Positions 10,204 to 19,495 of a stretch of 64,000 nucleotides of DNA are shown piece after piece. A program made the position numbers and the translations under genes. The stretch comes from an uncultured Candidatus Saccharibacteria bacterium (lineage in GTDB: Bacteria > Patescibacteriota > Dojkabacteria > SC72). The stretch covers positions 383,877 through 447,876 of the forward strand of contig CAZSUV010000001.1 in assembly GCA_964610125.1 (NCBI GenBank). The letters are read 5' to 3'. The notes under the pieces are model-generated. The model did no database searches, was not told where the DNA came from, and saw only the letters and a list, made by a program, of their open reading frames with translations. The number at the start of each line of letters is the position of its first letter. The first letter of the stretch is position 1.

Positions 10204-11205
10204 CTATTTTGTAGCAAAAATGATTGTAAAGACGGTATATGCAAGGTATGCCACAATCATAATAATTCCAGAAAGACGGCTAAGCGATTTCATTTTTCCA
10301 ATTAATCGCATTTCGGCTAATACAAGTATTACGATTACAGCACCGTAGATATTTACAAAGACGGTATCATTCAAAACCCCTTGTGGAACGTTAATAGGAT
10401 TAATGACTGCAAGTAATCCTATGCCCAAGCCAATGTTTAGGATATTACCTCCAAATACATTTCCAACAATTAGATCATTATTACCCTTCTTTGCTGCTAC
10501 TATACTAGCTACAATAGTAGGTATTGATGTTCCTATACCGACTAATGTTAAACCTAATATATAGCTACTGATTCCTGTTACTTGTGAGAATATTGGGGTT
10601 AATAATGTGATGCCAAATGATGCTACTAATATTACGAAAATCAACACTGAGATATTTAATAACTGCTTTCCTACATCTTGTGCATTTGGTTTCTTAGTCT
10701 TTAGATCAACTACCTTTTTAAAATCTTCTTCCACATCTTTATTCTTATGGAGAAATCCATATTGAATAATCACAACCCAAGCTGCAATTAGAAAAAGTAC
10801 CAGAATAATACCATCAATTCTTGAAACTTCCTTGTCAATTACTAATGCTGTAAAGAGAGCTGTGATTGCGAAATACAAAGGAATTTCTTTTTCAAATACT
10901 TCTTGCTTTACCATAATAGTTGTCATGAATGCTGGAATACCCAAAGCAAGGCCAAGGTTTACATAGTTAGTGCCGAGAAGGTTTCCCAATGCAATATCGT
11001 GTTGATTTCCAACGAATGCCATTATACTTACAAGCAATGTAGGAGCTCCTGTCATGAGTGCTACTAGCGTAGTTCCAATGAGTACATCACTTACACCAAT
11101 ATTTCTAGCAAGTTTAATAGAAATGTTAACAAGATATTTGCCACTTAATGTTAATACTAGGAAACAGACAATTAGGCCAAGAATTGATAGCAGTAAAGGT
11201 GACAT
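10204..11205 (-). CDS. CaCA-family Na+/Ca2+ exchanger (YrbG-like)
   Basis: Two alpha-repeat signatures (GNLLGTNYVNLGLALG and GNVFGGNILNIGLGIG) within about 10 TM helices. Start trimmed to Met at 11205 (MSPLLL) because the ORF-track start at 11244 overlaps tRNA-Pro. Confidence 0.8.
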   Translation of the reverse strand: MSPLLLSILGLIVCFLVLTLSGKYLVNISIKLARNIGVSDVLIGTTLVALMTGAPTLLVSIMAFVGNQHDIALGNLLGTNYVNLGLALGIPAFMTTIMVKQEVFEKEIPLYFAITALFTALVIDKEVSRIDGIILVLFLIAAWVVIIQYGFLHKNKDVEEDFKKVVDLKTKKPNAQDVGKQLLNISVLIFVILVASFGITLLTPIFSQVTGISSYILGLTLVGIGTSIPTIVASIVAAKKGNNDLIVGNVFGGNILNIGLGIGLLAVINPINVPQGVLNDTVFVNIYGAVIVILVLAEMRLIGKMKSLSRLSGIIMIVAYLAYTVFTIIFATK

Positions 11206-11232
11206 ATGAGCAGATTGATCAAATATAGAATA

Positions 11233-11306
11233 TCGGGGTGACACGACTTGAACGTGCGACCTCTGCGTCCCAAACGCAGCGTTCTAGCCAACTGAACTAC
11301 ACCCCG
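11233..11306 (-). tRNA. tRNA-Pro (anticodon TGG)
   Basis: Reverse complement CGGGGTGTAGTTCAGTTGGCTAGAACGCTGCGTTTGGGACGCAGAGGTCGCACGTTCAAGTCGTGTCACCCCGA folds as a cloverleaf. Acceptor CGGGGTG/CACCCCG, anticodon stem CTGCG/CGCAG with loop TTTGGGA, T-loop TTCAAGT. CCA is not encoded. Confidence 0.85.
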
Positions 11307-11394
11307 ATAACTGTGAGATTTTAACACAACATACGAAAAGAAAAAAGGGAGATGTTTAGTCTCCCCTTTAATATCCATTTATATTACTAAGCTA

Positions 11395-11730
11395 TTAGAT
11401 AGCTGAGAGTAACTTCAATGCTAATCCTGATACAACAGGGACATCAAATCTCTCACCCTTGTAAGCTTTAACCATACCTACAATTATTAATACAACTGTA
11501 AGAGGAGCTAGCAACCATCCGATTACTGGAACCCATGAGAAGAACTGCAATACACCGACTAGTGTATATTGTGCTCCCATATATCTAACAAAATTATCAT
11601 CTTTCTCTACGAACATAAGGATAAGACCAACAATAGGAATACATGCGAGTACACCCATCCATTGATTCTTTTCATTGTACTTTATCTCTTCTAATGTAAA
11701 TATTTTTTTGGCTTTCTTTTCTTCTGCCAT
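11395..11730 (-). CDS. DUF4870-like small membrane protein
   Basis: 111 aa with two TM helices and a KDDNFVRYMGAQ motif resembling DUF4870. Confidence 0.45.
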   Translation of the reverse strand: MAEEKKAKKIFTLEEIKYNEKNQWMGVLACIPIVGLILMFVEKDDNFVRYMGAQYTLVGVLQFFSWVPVIGWLLAPLTVVLIIVGMVKAYKGERFDVPVVSGLALKLLSAI

Positions 11731-11788
11731 ATTAGTAACGCTACAATAAAATTATTTATATCAATAAGGATACTATCAAGGTATGAGG

Positions 11789-11832
11789 TTTACAAGAGGT
11801 ATACTACAGGTAGTTGCAAGGGTATACTAAAC
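11789..11832 (+). promoter_or_regulatory. Three direct GGTATACT repeats (palindromic GTATAC core) upstream of lexA; candidate SOS operator/promoter
   Basis: GGTATACT occurs at 11789-11796, 11812-11819 and 11825-11832, with a related AGTATACA at 11857-11864, all within 90 bp of the lexA start. Confidence 0.35.
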
Positions 11833-11874
11833 AGGTATACTGGTATATATAAATAAATTTACAGCAGTATACAT

Positions 11875-12531
11875 ATGGGAGATATATTAACAGAGAAGCA
11901 GATCTTAGTGCTTAAGGCTATTCGCGACTTTTTCATAGCCAATACCTTCGCTCCTTCATTAACAGAATTACAAAGAATACTAGGTATATCTACAAAAAGA
12001 GGCGTAGTGGTTCACCTTATGGCTTTAGAAAGAAAGGGATATATCATTAGAACAAATGAGCCTAGAGGTATTAGATTGGTAGATGAAGACGAGGAGTCTA
12101 TGGCATTCGAATATATGGTCGGTATACCTATACTTGGCTATGTAAACGCAGGTACACCCCTAGTCAATGCTGTTGAAGAAAATCTTGGTATGCTTAAAGT
12201 CCAAGGGAAAATTTTAGGAAAAGTTAAGAAAGGTCTATTCTCAGTAATAGTTAAAGGAGATTCTATGAACGAAGAGGTTATAGATGGAACTAAGATAGCT
12301 GATGGCAATTATCTCATTGTAGATAAGGATAGCGCTGTTGAAGACGGCGACGTAGTTGTAGCTATCATTGAAAACTCTGCTACGGTTAAGAAGATAAAAC
12401 GAGGGAAAGATATGGTAACTTTGTATCCTCACTCAAGTAATCCAATTCATCAACCAATTTTCGTAAATCGCGATTGGAGTGGTTTAATTAATGGGAAAGT
12501 CATAAAGGTATTGGAGAAGCCAACTATCTAA
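11875..12531 (+). CDS. lexA: LexA repressor
   Basis: N-terminal winged HTH. Ala-Gly cleavage site in VNAGTPL. S24 peptidase Ser (GDSM) and Lys (TVKKIK). Confidence 0.85.
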   Translation: MGDILTEKQILVLKAIRDFFIANTFAPSLTELQRILGISTKRGVVVHLMALERKGYIIRTNEPRGIRLVDEDEESMAFEYMVGIPILGYVNAGTPLVNAVEENLGMLKVQGKILGKVKKGLFSVIVKGDSMNEEVIDGTKIADGNYLIVDKDSAVEDGDVVVAIIENSATVKKIKRGKDMVTLYPHSSNPIHQPIFVNRDWSGLINGKVIKVLEKPTI

Positions 12532-13216
12532 TCTCTACATTTAAAACATAGGGCTTAATATTCTTCCTTAGAATTTTAAGCTCTTTCTCAGTAAAAGAAT
12601 TTTGTTCTGAAAGAGTAGGGTTAATTGTTTTTCCGGCTCTAAAATTTTGTACATAATATTGTTTTGCGCCATTAATCATTTCGCCTATAGCTTTTGATGA
12701 ATCTGTAGTATGTATTCCTTTTACATAGGTAGTTCTAAATTCATAATCTATATCTGAATCCATAATTATAGATATGGATTGTTTTACATTCTTTAACGCA
12801 TTCTCCCCAGTAAATGTCAGGTAGTCTCCTTCCGGATATTTAATATCCATTGAAATGTAATCAATCACCCTATGCGTGATTAATTTTTTAAGCTTACTCG
12901 GAAGTAGTCCATTAGTATCTAACTTCACAAGGTATCCTAAGTCCTTTATAGATTTTAAAAAGGGTTCTAGGTCATCATAGAGGAGTGGTTCTCCACCAGT
13001 AATGACTACTGCTTCTAATTTTCCAACCCTAGATTTAAGAAATTTTAAAACTTTCTTAGGATCATAGATTTCCCCTGGCGCAATGTCTTGTATAACAAGC
13101 TCTGGGTTATGACAGTACTCACATCTTAAATTACATCCGTGCGTGAATATTATGGCAGACAACTTCCCAGGGTAGTCTATTAATGACAATTTTTCTAAAC
13201 CCGCAATTTTTAGCAT
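12524..13216 (-). CDS. nrdG: Anaerobic ribonucleoside-triphosphate reductase activating protein (radical SAM)
   Basis: CNLRCEYCHNP is a CxxxCxxC radical-SAM cluster motif. Lies downstream of nrdD. Confidence 0.85.
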   Translation of the reverse strand: MLKIAGLEKLSLIDYPGKLSAIIFTHGCNLRCEYCHNPELVIQDIAPGEIYDPKKVLKFLKSRVGKLEAVVITGGEPLLYDDLEPFLKSIKDLGYLVKLDTNGLLPSKLKKLITHRVIDYISMDIKYPEGDYLTFTGENALKNVKQSISIIMDSDIDYEFRTTYVKGIHTTDSSKAIGEMINGAKQYYVQNFRAGKTINPTLSEQNSFTEKELKILRKNIKPYVLNVEIR

Positions 13217-13377
13217 GTAGCACAGCCCATTTTAAAGAATTTTCTATCATTCCATTCTGCCTGTTTACCAATGTTCCATTGATTAACAGGTCTGATATAT
13301 CCAACAACTCTTGAATATACCTCACACTTTTGTCTTGTAACTTTTTTCATAACTTTGGACAGTTAAAATTATATATA

Positions 13378-15441
13378 CTAAACAATCTCATCAAATTCCA
13401 TACCATCTCTATACCCCACCTCTATATCACACTTTGGACAGTATCTATGCTCTCCAGCAATATATCCATGTTTAGGGCATATACTGAATGTTGGGGTTAA
13501 AGAAAAGTATGGTAACTTGTAATTCTCCGCCACTTTTTTAACTAAATTCTTTACACTTGTTGTAGAAGAAATCTTTTCACCAATGTACAAATGCAGTACA
13601 GTTCCACCTGTGTATTTACACTGGAATTCATCCTGTTCATCCAATGCTTCGAAAATATCATCCGTATAGTTGACTGGAAGTTGTGAGCTGTTCGTGTAAT
13701 AGGGAACAGTACCACCTTTCCCAACTAAATCTGCAGCAGTTAATATATCTGGAAACTTCTTCTTATCCGCCTTTGCAAATTTGTATGTAGCCCCCTCACC
13801 AGGAGAAGCTTCTAAGTTGAACAGTTGGTTGGATTCTAATTGATAGTTCATTAATACCTCTCGCATATGATCCATAATCTCTAATCCAAATGCTCTACCT
13901 TCTTCAGAGGTAATCCCCTTAGATTTATCTTTAAAAAAGTTTACCAGGGATTCATTCAACCCAAGGATGCCAATGGTATTGAAATGATTCTTGTAATATT
14001 CTCCAAATCGCTTTTTAATATCGCCAAGATAGAATTTGGAATATGGATACAATCCCTTCTCTGTATATTTTTCAATGAATGCACGTTTAATGAGTAAGCT
14101 TTGTTTAGAAAGCTCCATCATATGGTCTAGTCTCTTAAAGTAATCCTTTTTATCCTTACTCAAGTATCCAATTTTAGGTAGATTTATTGTTACAACTCCA
14201 AGACTCCCAGTCAAAGGATTAGCTCCAAAGAGACCACCACCTCGTTTTCTTAATTCTCGGTTATCTAATCTCAATCTGCAACACATACTTCTTGCATCAT
14301 CGGGATTCATATCTGAATTTACAAAGTTTGAGAAGTATGGAATGCCATATTTAGCAGTCATTTCCCATACTGGTTTGTAATCAGTATTGTCCCAATCAAA
14401 GTTCTTAGTGATGTTGTAGGTAGGAATAGGGAACGAGAAAAGTCTACCCTGGGAGTCTCCTTCCATCATTACCTCGCAGAACGCTTTGTTTAACATAGCC
14501 ATCTCAGGTTGGAAATCCTTGTATTTTTCTTTTTGTACTTTTCCACCAATGATTACACCTTGTTCAGCTAACTGGCCAGATGGGATTAAATCCATTGTAA
14601 TGTTTGTAAATGGTGTCTGACATCCAACCCTTGTTGGAACATTCATGTTGTACAAGAACTCCTGCATCTTCTGTTTTACTTCTTTGTAAGTCAATTTGTC
14701 ATATCTAATGAATGGTGCAAGATATGTATCGAAACTAGAGAATGCTTGCGCGCCTGCAGCCTCATGCTGCAATGTATAGAAGAAGTTTACACATTGGCCA
14801 AGTGCAGCGCCAAGATGCTTTGCAGGGGCAGAAGAAATCTTTCCAGAGACTCCTGTGAATCCTCTAAGCAGTAAGTCTTCCAAGCTCCAACCGCAACAAT
14901 ATACAGCCAACATACCAAGATCATGTATATGTATGTCTTTATCTATATTTGCATTTGAAATTTCCTTTGGATATATACTATGTAACCAGTAATTTGCTTG
15001 AACAGTAGAGGATATGTAGTTATTTAACCCTTGCCATGAATATGTCATATTACTGTTCTCACTTACCTGCCAATCCTCAATGTCAATATATCCTCGAACC
15101 AATGTATCAGCATCAATCAGGGATTTAATATTCATTACCTGATTCTTAAGATCAACAAACAAGCCAAAAGCAATGGATGTTTTACCATGCCCCATATCAA
15201 TAAGAACCTGTTTTACAACATCTGCAATTTCTTCTGTCTTAACATATTTTCGTTTTGGGTATTTTGCAATTAATCTAGTAATAACTTCGTCGGTTATTTC
15301 TTCAGCTCTTTTACGATCATGCCCACCAACACTTTCAGCAGCCTTAAACACACCAGTAGATATTCTTTCTCTCTCAAACTTAACTATTCTTCCATCTCTT
15401 TTCTTGACCTGGAACGAGTTCTTGTTTTTTAGGGCAGCCAT
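13378..15441 (-). CDS. nrdD: Anaerobic ribonucleoside-triphosphate reductase, class III
   Basis: 687 aa. N-terminal ATP-cone. C-terminal zinc ribbon (CPKHGY...CPKCD) with Gly-radical region. Confidence 0.9.
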   Translation of the reverse strand: MAALKNKNSFQVKKRDGRIVKFERERISTGVFKAAESVGGHDRKRAEEITDEVITRLIAKYPKRKYVKTEEIADVVKQVLIDMGHGKTSIAFGLFVDLKNQVMNIKSLIDADTLVRGYIDIEDWQVSENSNMTYSWQGLNNYISSTVQANYWLHSIYPKEISNANIDKDIHIHDLGMLAVYCCGWSLEDLLLRGFTGVSGKISSAPAKHLGAALGQCVNFFYTLQHEAAGAQAFSSFDTYLAPFIRYDKLTYKEVKQKMQEFLYNMNVPTRVGCQTPFTNITMDLIPSGQLAEQGVIIGGKVQKEKYKDFQPEMAMLNKAFCEVMMEGDSQGRLFSFPIPTYNITKNFDWDNTDYKPVWEMTAKYGIPYFSNFVNSDMNPDDARSMCCRLRLDNRELRKRGGGLFGANPLTGSLGVVTINLPKIGYLSKDKKDYFKRLDHMMELSKQSLLIKRAFIEKYTEKGLYPYSKFYLGDIKKRFGEYYKNHFNTIGILGLNESLVNFFKDKSKGITSEEGRAFGLEIMDHMREVLMNYQLESNQLFNLEASPGEGATYKFAKADKKKFPDILTAADLVGKGGTVPYYTNSSQLPVNYTDDIFEALDEQDEFQCKYTGGTVLHLYIGEKISSTTSVKNLVKKVAENYKLPYFSLTPTFSICPKHGYIAGEHRYCPKCDIEVGYRDGMEFDEIV

Positions 15442-15459
15442 TATATGTAGTAGTAAAAA

Positions 15460-15909
15460 TTAAAATTTTTCTAACTTATTTATCTCCTCTTTAATATCAT
15501 CAAGATCTTTAAACTCTTTATATACCGAAGCAAAACGAATATATGACAATTGATCCTTGGTCTTTAACCACTCAAGAATCATCCCTCCAATTACTCTTGA
15601 ACTAACAGGCTCCTCGCTGTTTATTACATAGCGTTCTACCTGTTCTGCAAAATCCTCAACTTCGTGGGCAGACACAGTATTTTCATTAATTGCTTTCTTT
15701 ATCCCTTTAATTATCTTGTTAATATCAAATGTTTCTAAAGAGCCGTCTTTCTTTAAGATGGAGACATCCATTTTTTCTATTCTTTCGTATGTAGTAAACC
15801 TTTTACCGCAGCGAAGACATTGTCTTCTTCGTCTTGTAGAACTATCTTCTCGGTTATCTCGTTTATCTACAACTTTCGTTGTATCACAAGCGCAAAAGGG
15901 ACATCTCAT
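15460..15909 (-). CDS. nrdR: Transcriptional repressor NrdR
   Basis: MRCPFCACDTTKVVDKRDN zinc ribbon plus ATP-cone. Lies immediately upstream of nrdD. Confidence 0.9.
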   Translation of the reverse strand: MRCPFCACDTTKVVDKRDNREDSSTRRRRQCLRCGKRFTTYERIEKMDVSILKKDGSLETFDINKIIKGIKKAINENTVSAHEVEDFAEQVERYVINSEEPVSSRVIGGMILEWLKTKDQLSYIRFASVYKEFKDLDDIKEEINKLEKF

Positions 15910-15918
15910 ATATTTTTA

Positions 15919-15932
15919 ACAACATGTTGTGT
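15919..15932. promoter_or_regulatory. Perfect palindrome ACAACATGTTGT(GT) just upstream of nrdR; candidate NrdR box
   Basis: A 12-bp perfect palindrome lies 10 bp upstream of the nrdR start codon. Related CATGTTGTAT and ACAACACAATAT motifs occur at about 15984-16022. Confidence 0.4.
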
Positions 15933-16121
15933 ATGCTTTACAAGTTACCCCCAACAGGTGGTATGGTCAAGAAGCCGATAGCATGCATGTTGTATAGTCA
16001 TTGATAAGACAACACAATATGCAGGTGAGAAATATTACAGGGTTGGTTATTAATAATATGAGATTTTGACTATGTGGGGATAAGCATATAACATATATAA
16101 CTAAGTTAAAAAATTATCTGT

Positions 16122-16607
16122 ATGATATTTGAACTTAAAGATTTCCCCGCATTAAAAGAAAAGCTTGGCAACAAGAAGATTGTTTGTACTTCAGGATTCT
16201 TTGATCCTATGCACCCTGGACATGTGTCATGTATTACAGAATCTAAGAAGTTTGGGGATGTATTAATTGTAGTAGTCGATGGTGATCAAAGAGCTGTAAC
16301 TAAAAAGGGTAAATCATTTATGCCAGAGAAAGATAGAGCATACATTGTAGATCATCTTGTAGGGGTCGATTTTGTAACGATTTACAACCACCCAACAGAA
16401 AATAATTGTATTGAAGCTATAGATATCATAAGACCAGATGTTTTTACAAAAGGTGGTGATAGGGTGGGAAATACTACGCCTGAAGCTCAATTAATTGAAA
16501 GCTATGGTGGAAGAATAGAATACAATGTTGGTGACGCAAAAATATGGTCTAGCTCAGATTACCTTGAAGATTGGCATCAATTTAGAAAATCCCAGGAATC
16601 TACTTAG
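16122..16607 (+). CDS. Cytidylyltransferase-like nucleotidyltransferase (RfaE domain II / TagD-like)
   Basis: TSGFFDPMHPGH is an (H/T)xGH nucleotidyltransferase motif. 161 aa. Confidence 0.6.
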   Translation: MIFELKDFPALKEKLGNKKIVCTSGFFDPMHPGHVSCITESKKFGDVLIVVVDGDQRAVTKKGKSFMPEKDRAYIVDHLVGVDFVTIYNHPTENNCIEAIDIIRPDVFTKGGDRVGNTTPEAQLIESYGGRIEYNVGDAKIWSSSDYLEDWHQFRKSQEST

Positions 16608-17532
16608 GTCTTTTTGATAAATATTTGAAAATAGAATTGGCAGCTACTCCCCCTTCTCCAACTGCCGTTACTACCTGCCTAAAGCCATTAGAAGCGGTTG
16701 TACAGTCTCCTGCAGCCCATATTCCCTCGACATTTGTAGCTTGTGTCTGATCTACCTTTATATATTTCTTTCCATCTACCTCTAATCCAAGCATATTTGC
16801 AAATAATCCATCAGGTTCAGACCCAATTTCAATGAATACACCATCAACATTCACATATTGTTCTCCATTGTATGGTTGAGATAACTTTATCCTTTCTAAT
16901 CTATTTTCTCCCTCTAAACCAATAGGGAGGGTTTTAAGAATAATCTCCACATTCTTTCTTGCCATTAATTGATCAACCCACATAGGCTCACCAAGTAATT
17001 CAGTACCTCTGTAGATTAGATATACTTTTTTTGCAATATCTGAAAGCATTGTTGCTGACATCACTGCAGCATTTTTACCACCTACAACAGCCACAGTTTT
17101 GTCTCTGTAGAACATAGCATCACAGGTAGCACAGTAGGAGAGTCCTTTACCTAAATATTTGTCTTCATCTGGCAACATTAGTTTGTTTCTCTCAGTACCA
17201 GTAGTAAGAATTACAGTTTTAGCTTCATATTGATTATTATTCTTGTCTGTCATTATATGGAATGTCGATTCATCTTTCTTTCTCCATATATCAACAACAC
17301 TTTCATAAGCTACTTCTGCCCCAAGGTCTTTAGCTTGTGCTTCAAACTTTTGGCCTAATTCAACACCTGTAATATCAGGTAATCCCGGGTAATTGCACAC
17401 TTTATGTGCTTCTGAGATTGTTCCTCCAACTATTTTTCCAAATATGATGTTTGAGAGTTTGTATCTACTAGCATATATACTTGCTGAATATGCGGCTGGT
17501 CCACTTCCTACGATTGCTATGTCGTATGTCAT
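16600..17532 (-). CDS. trxB: Thioredoxin-disulfide reductase
   Basis: FAD-binding GSGPAAYSA, redox-active CATCDA, NADPH-binding GGGNAA-like motif. Confidence 0.85.
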   Translation of the reverse strand: MTYDIAIVGSGPAAYSASIYASRYKLSNIIFGKIVGGTISEAHKVCNYPGLPDITGVELGQKFEAQAKDLGAEVAYESVVDIWRKKDESTFHIMTDKNNNQYEAKTVILTTGTERNKLMLPDEDKYLGKGLSYCATCDAMFYRDKTVAVVGGKNAAVMSATMLSDIAKKVYLIYRGTELLGEPMWVDQLMARKNVEIILKTLPIGLEGENRLERIKLSQPYNGEQYVNVDGVFIEIGSEPDGLFANMLGLEVDGKKYIKVDQTQATNVEGIWAAGDCTTASNGFRQVVTAVGEGGVAANSIFKYLSKRPK

Positions 17533-17985
17533 ATGTGTTAGAGGTTACAAATTAGTATATATTTCTGATTTATATATTCTAACATATATGTAAAGAGGTG
17601 AAATGGGAGAGGGGTGTTGGAGGTACTCAATATGGTTTTGTCTGTGTTAACAGCAATGATTGAGTACCTCTGTAAAGGTTTATTGTTTAATAGAGGGGTC
17701 TCATAAGATATAGAATAAAGCAAATAAAAGCGAATAATACTACCACGTAGGGTAATAATTTCCAGGAAAAAATCTCCTCTCCATCGCTTCCTTTGTACTT
17801 TTTATTCCATGCTTTAGAAACCACAGTCCAGAAAGTCACCCTTCTTGGTTTTCGTGCCATACTTTGGATGCTACTTCTGTTACTCATTATAATTCTCCTC
17901 TAACCCTTAGGGTTAATATATTGATATGTTTAATACAACATCTCTACCTTTAAATATATTTAAAAATATAAAAGCTGTATTAAAC

Positions 17986-18060
17986 TGGGAGAATATATGC
18001 AAATAAACCTTTTAAAAGAACAATATAGATTTATTCAACCTATAGTATATTATATCATAT
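17986..18060. repeat. Intergenic repeat, copy 1 (about 75 bp; partner at 22863-22934)
   Basis: GGGAGAATATATGCAAATAAACCTTTTAAAAGAACAATATAGATTTATTCAACCTATAGTATATTATATCATAT aligns with the second copy. A 25-bp core, AACCTATAGTATATTATA(T/C)CATAT, is nearly identical. Confidence 0.6.
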
Positions 18061-18071
18061 TTAGGATAAGA

Positions 18072-18851
18072 TTACGCAACAACCCCCCAATCAAGGGTAT
18101 TTGTAAGTATCTCAGGCTTATTCTTTCTAACAATCACCATATATTCAAACATAACGCTATTACCACCATGCTCTGTATGAACTGACCAACCATCCTTGTC
18201 TGTATATACATGACCAGTATCATCTACTACTTGACATTCAACACACACAACCATACCATCAACTAACAATTCGCCTGTACCTGGTTTGCCAAAAGCAGGG
18301 ATATCAGGATATTCATGCATAGATTTACCAATACCATGGCCTACATACATCTTGATGATATTAAAACCATTATCCTTAGCCGTTTTTTCCATAGTATAGC
18401 CGAGATCTCCGGTTCTATTACCAACCACAGCCTTAGCCATAGCATTCTCAGTTGCAGCTCTACCAGCCTCTAAAAGCTTGGCATTTTGTTTAGAAGGTAT
18501 TCCCACACTCCAAGTCCAGCAATGATCAGTAAAATATCCTTTATATATGATGCCTGTATCAATTGAAACGAAATCACCTTTCTTAAGAGGTATATTAGTA
18601 GGAATGCCATGTACAGCCACATCATTAACAGAGATACAAAGATTGTTTTTGTAATCATCTACAGTTGGAAAATTAGGTTTTACACAATATTCTTTACAAA
18701 GTTCACCCATGAGCTTATCTAATTCCAAGGGAGTAACTCCTTCTTTAATATTTTTTCCAAGTTCTGACAAAATTTCAACAGAAATACCTGCAGCTTCACG
18801 AATGGTTAATTCTTCTTTTGGATTCTTAATAATCATATGGCCATTATACAC
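18072..18851 (-). CDS. map: Methionine aminopeptidase type I
   Basis: Pita-bread fold motifs (FTDHCWTWSVG, HGIGKSMHE) and metal-binding D/H/E residues. Confidence 0.9.
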   Translation of the reverse strand: MYNGHMIIKNPKEELTIREAAGISVEILSELGKNIKEGVTPLELDKLMGELCKEYCVKPNFPTVDDYKNNLCISVNDVAVHGIPTNIPLKKGDFVSIDTGIIYKGYFTDHCWTWSVGIPSKQNAKLLEAGRAATENAMAKAVVGNRTGDLGYTMEKTAKDNGFNIIKMYVGHGIGKSMHEYPDIPAFGKPGTGELLVDGMVVCVECQVVDDTGHVYTDKDGWSVHTEHGGNSVMFEYMVIVRKNKPEILTNTLDWGVVA

Positions 18852-19090
18852 GCCCAGGGAAGAACATGGAACTAGTAAGTAGTAATTAGAAAATTGTAGG
18901 TTGTCGGACTTGCACCGCTTAAAGATGAGTCAACATCGCATGCTACACAAGGTAGCAAGGGGAGCTTCTCCACCTCCCAACCAACCTACATAGCTAGGTG
19001 TTATACCTCTATCTAAATTATAATACTTTTCTTTATCTACTACAAAATAAAGAAATCTTTGTGTTTTTGTCTTTGTATTCAAACGTACAC

Positions 19091-19127
19091 TGGCAGGGAA
19101 GAATATTTAAAATATTATCTTCCCTGC
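19091..19127. other. 37-bp near-perfect palindrome/hairpin (11-bp GC-rich stem, 15-nt AT loop)
   Basis: GGCAGGGAAGA atatttaaaatatta TCTTCCCTGCC. No flanking U-tract on either strand. Confidence 0.5.
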
Positions 19128-19495
19128 CGGCTCCTAGGTTAAAGGTTTGATTGTCTTCAGTTATTATTACTGTGGAAATTGGAATTTTTTCCATTTGAGT
19201 CTGTATCCCATGACATGCGAGAGCTTCCTCTTTCTGTTGTAACAGACTCTGTGTGATGTGTTGTGCCATCCGGGCGACTTACGTCATGAAAATCTCTGTG
19301 GACAGCTCCCCCAGAAACTTCTGTTCCTGGTGAATCACTTGACGAACGCTCATCAGCCATTGCGACCTCTTTCTTTTTTGAAAAATTCCTTTAACCTAAA
19401 GAACTGTATATTATAGGCGTGACGAATAAATATTACAATAAGGATAAGCATTTTATTGATTCCAGGGAGTGATCTATTGAAGACATTGCGATTGC

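Noticed and set aside
11172-11378. 68-aa minus-strand ORF
   Set aside because: It overlaps tRNA-Pro almost entirely, so it is spurious.
19033-19360. Two small minus-strand ORFs (78 and 67 aa) in the map-helicase intergenic region
   Set aside because: They have a low-complexity, Ser/Thr/His-rich composition and overlap the palindrome and GC-rich structured segment. These are more likely non-coding.
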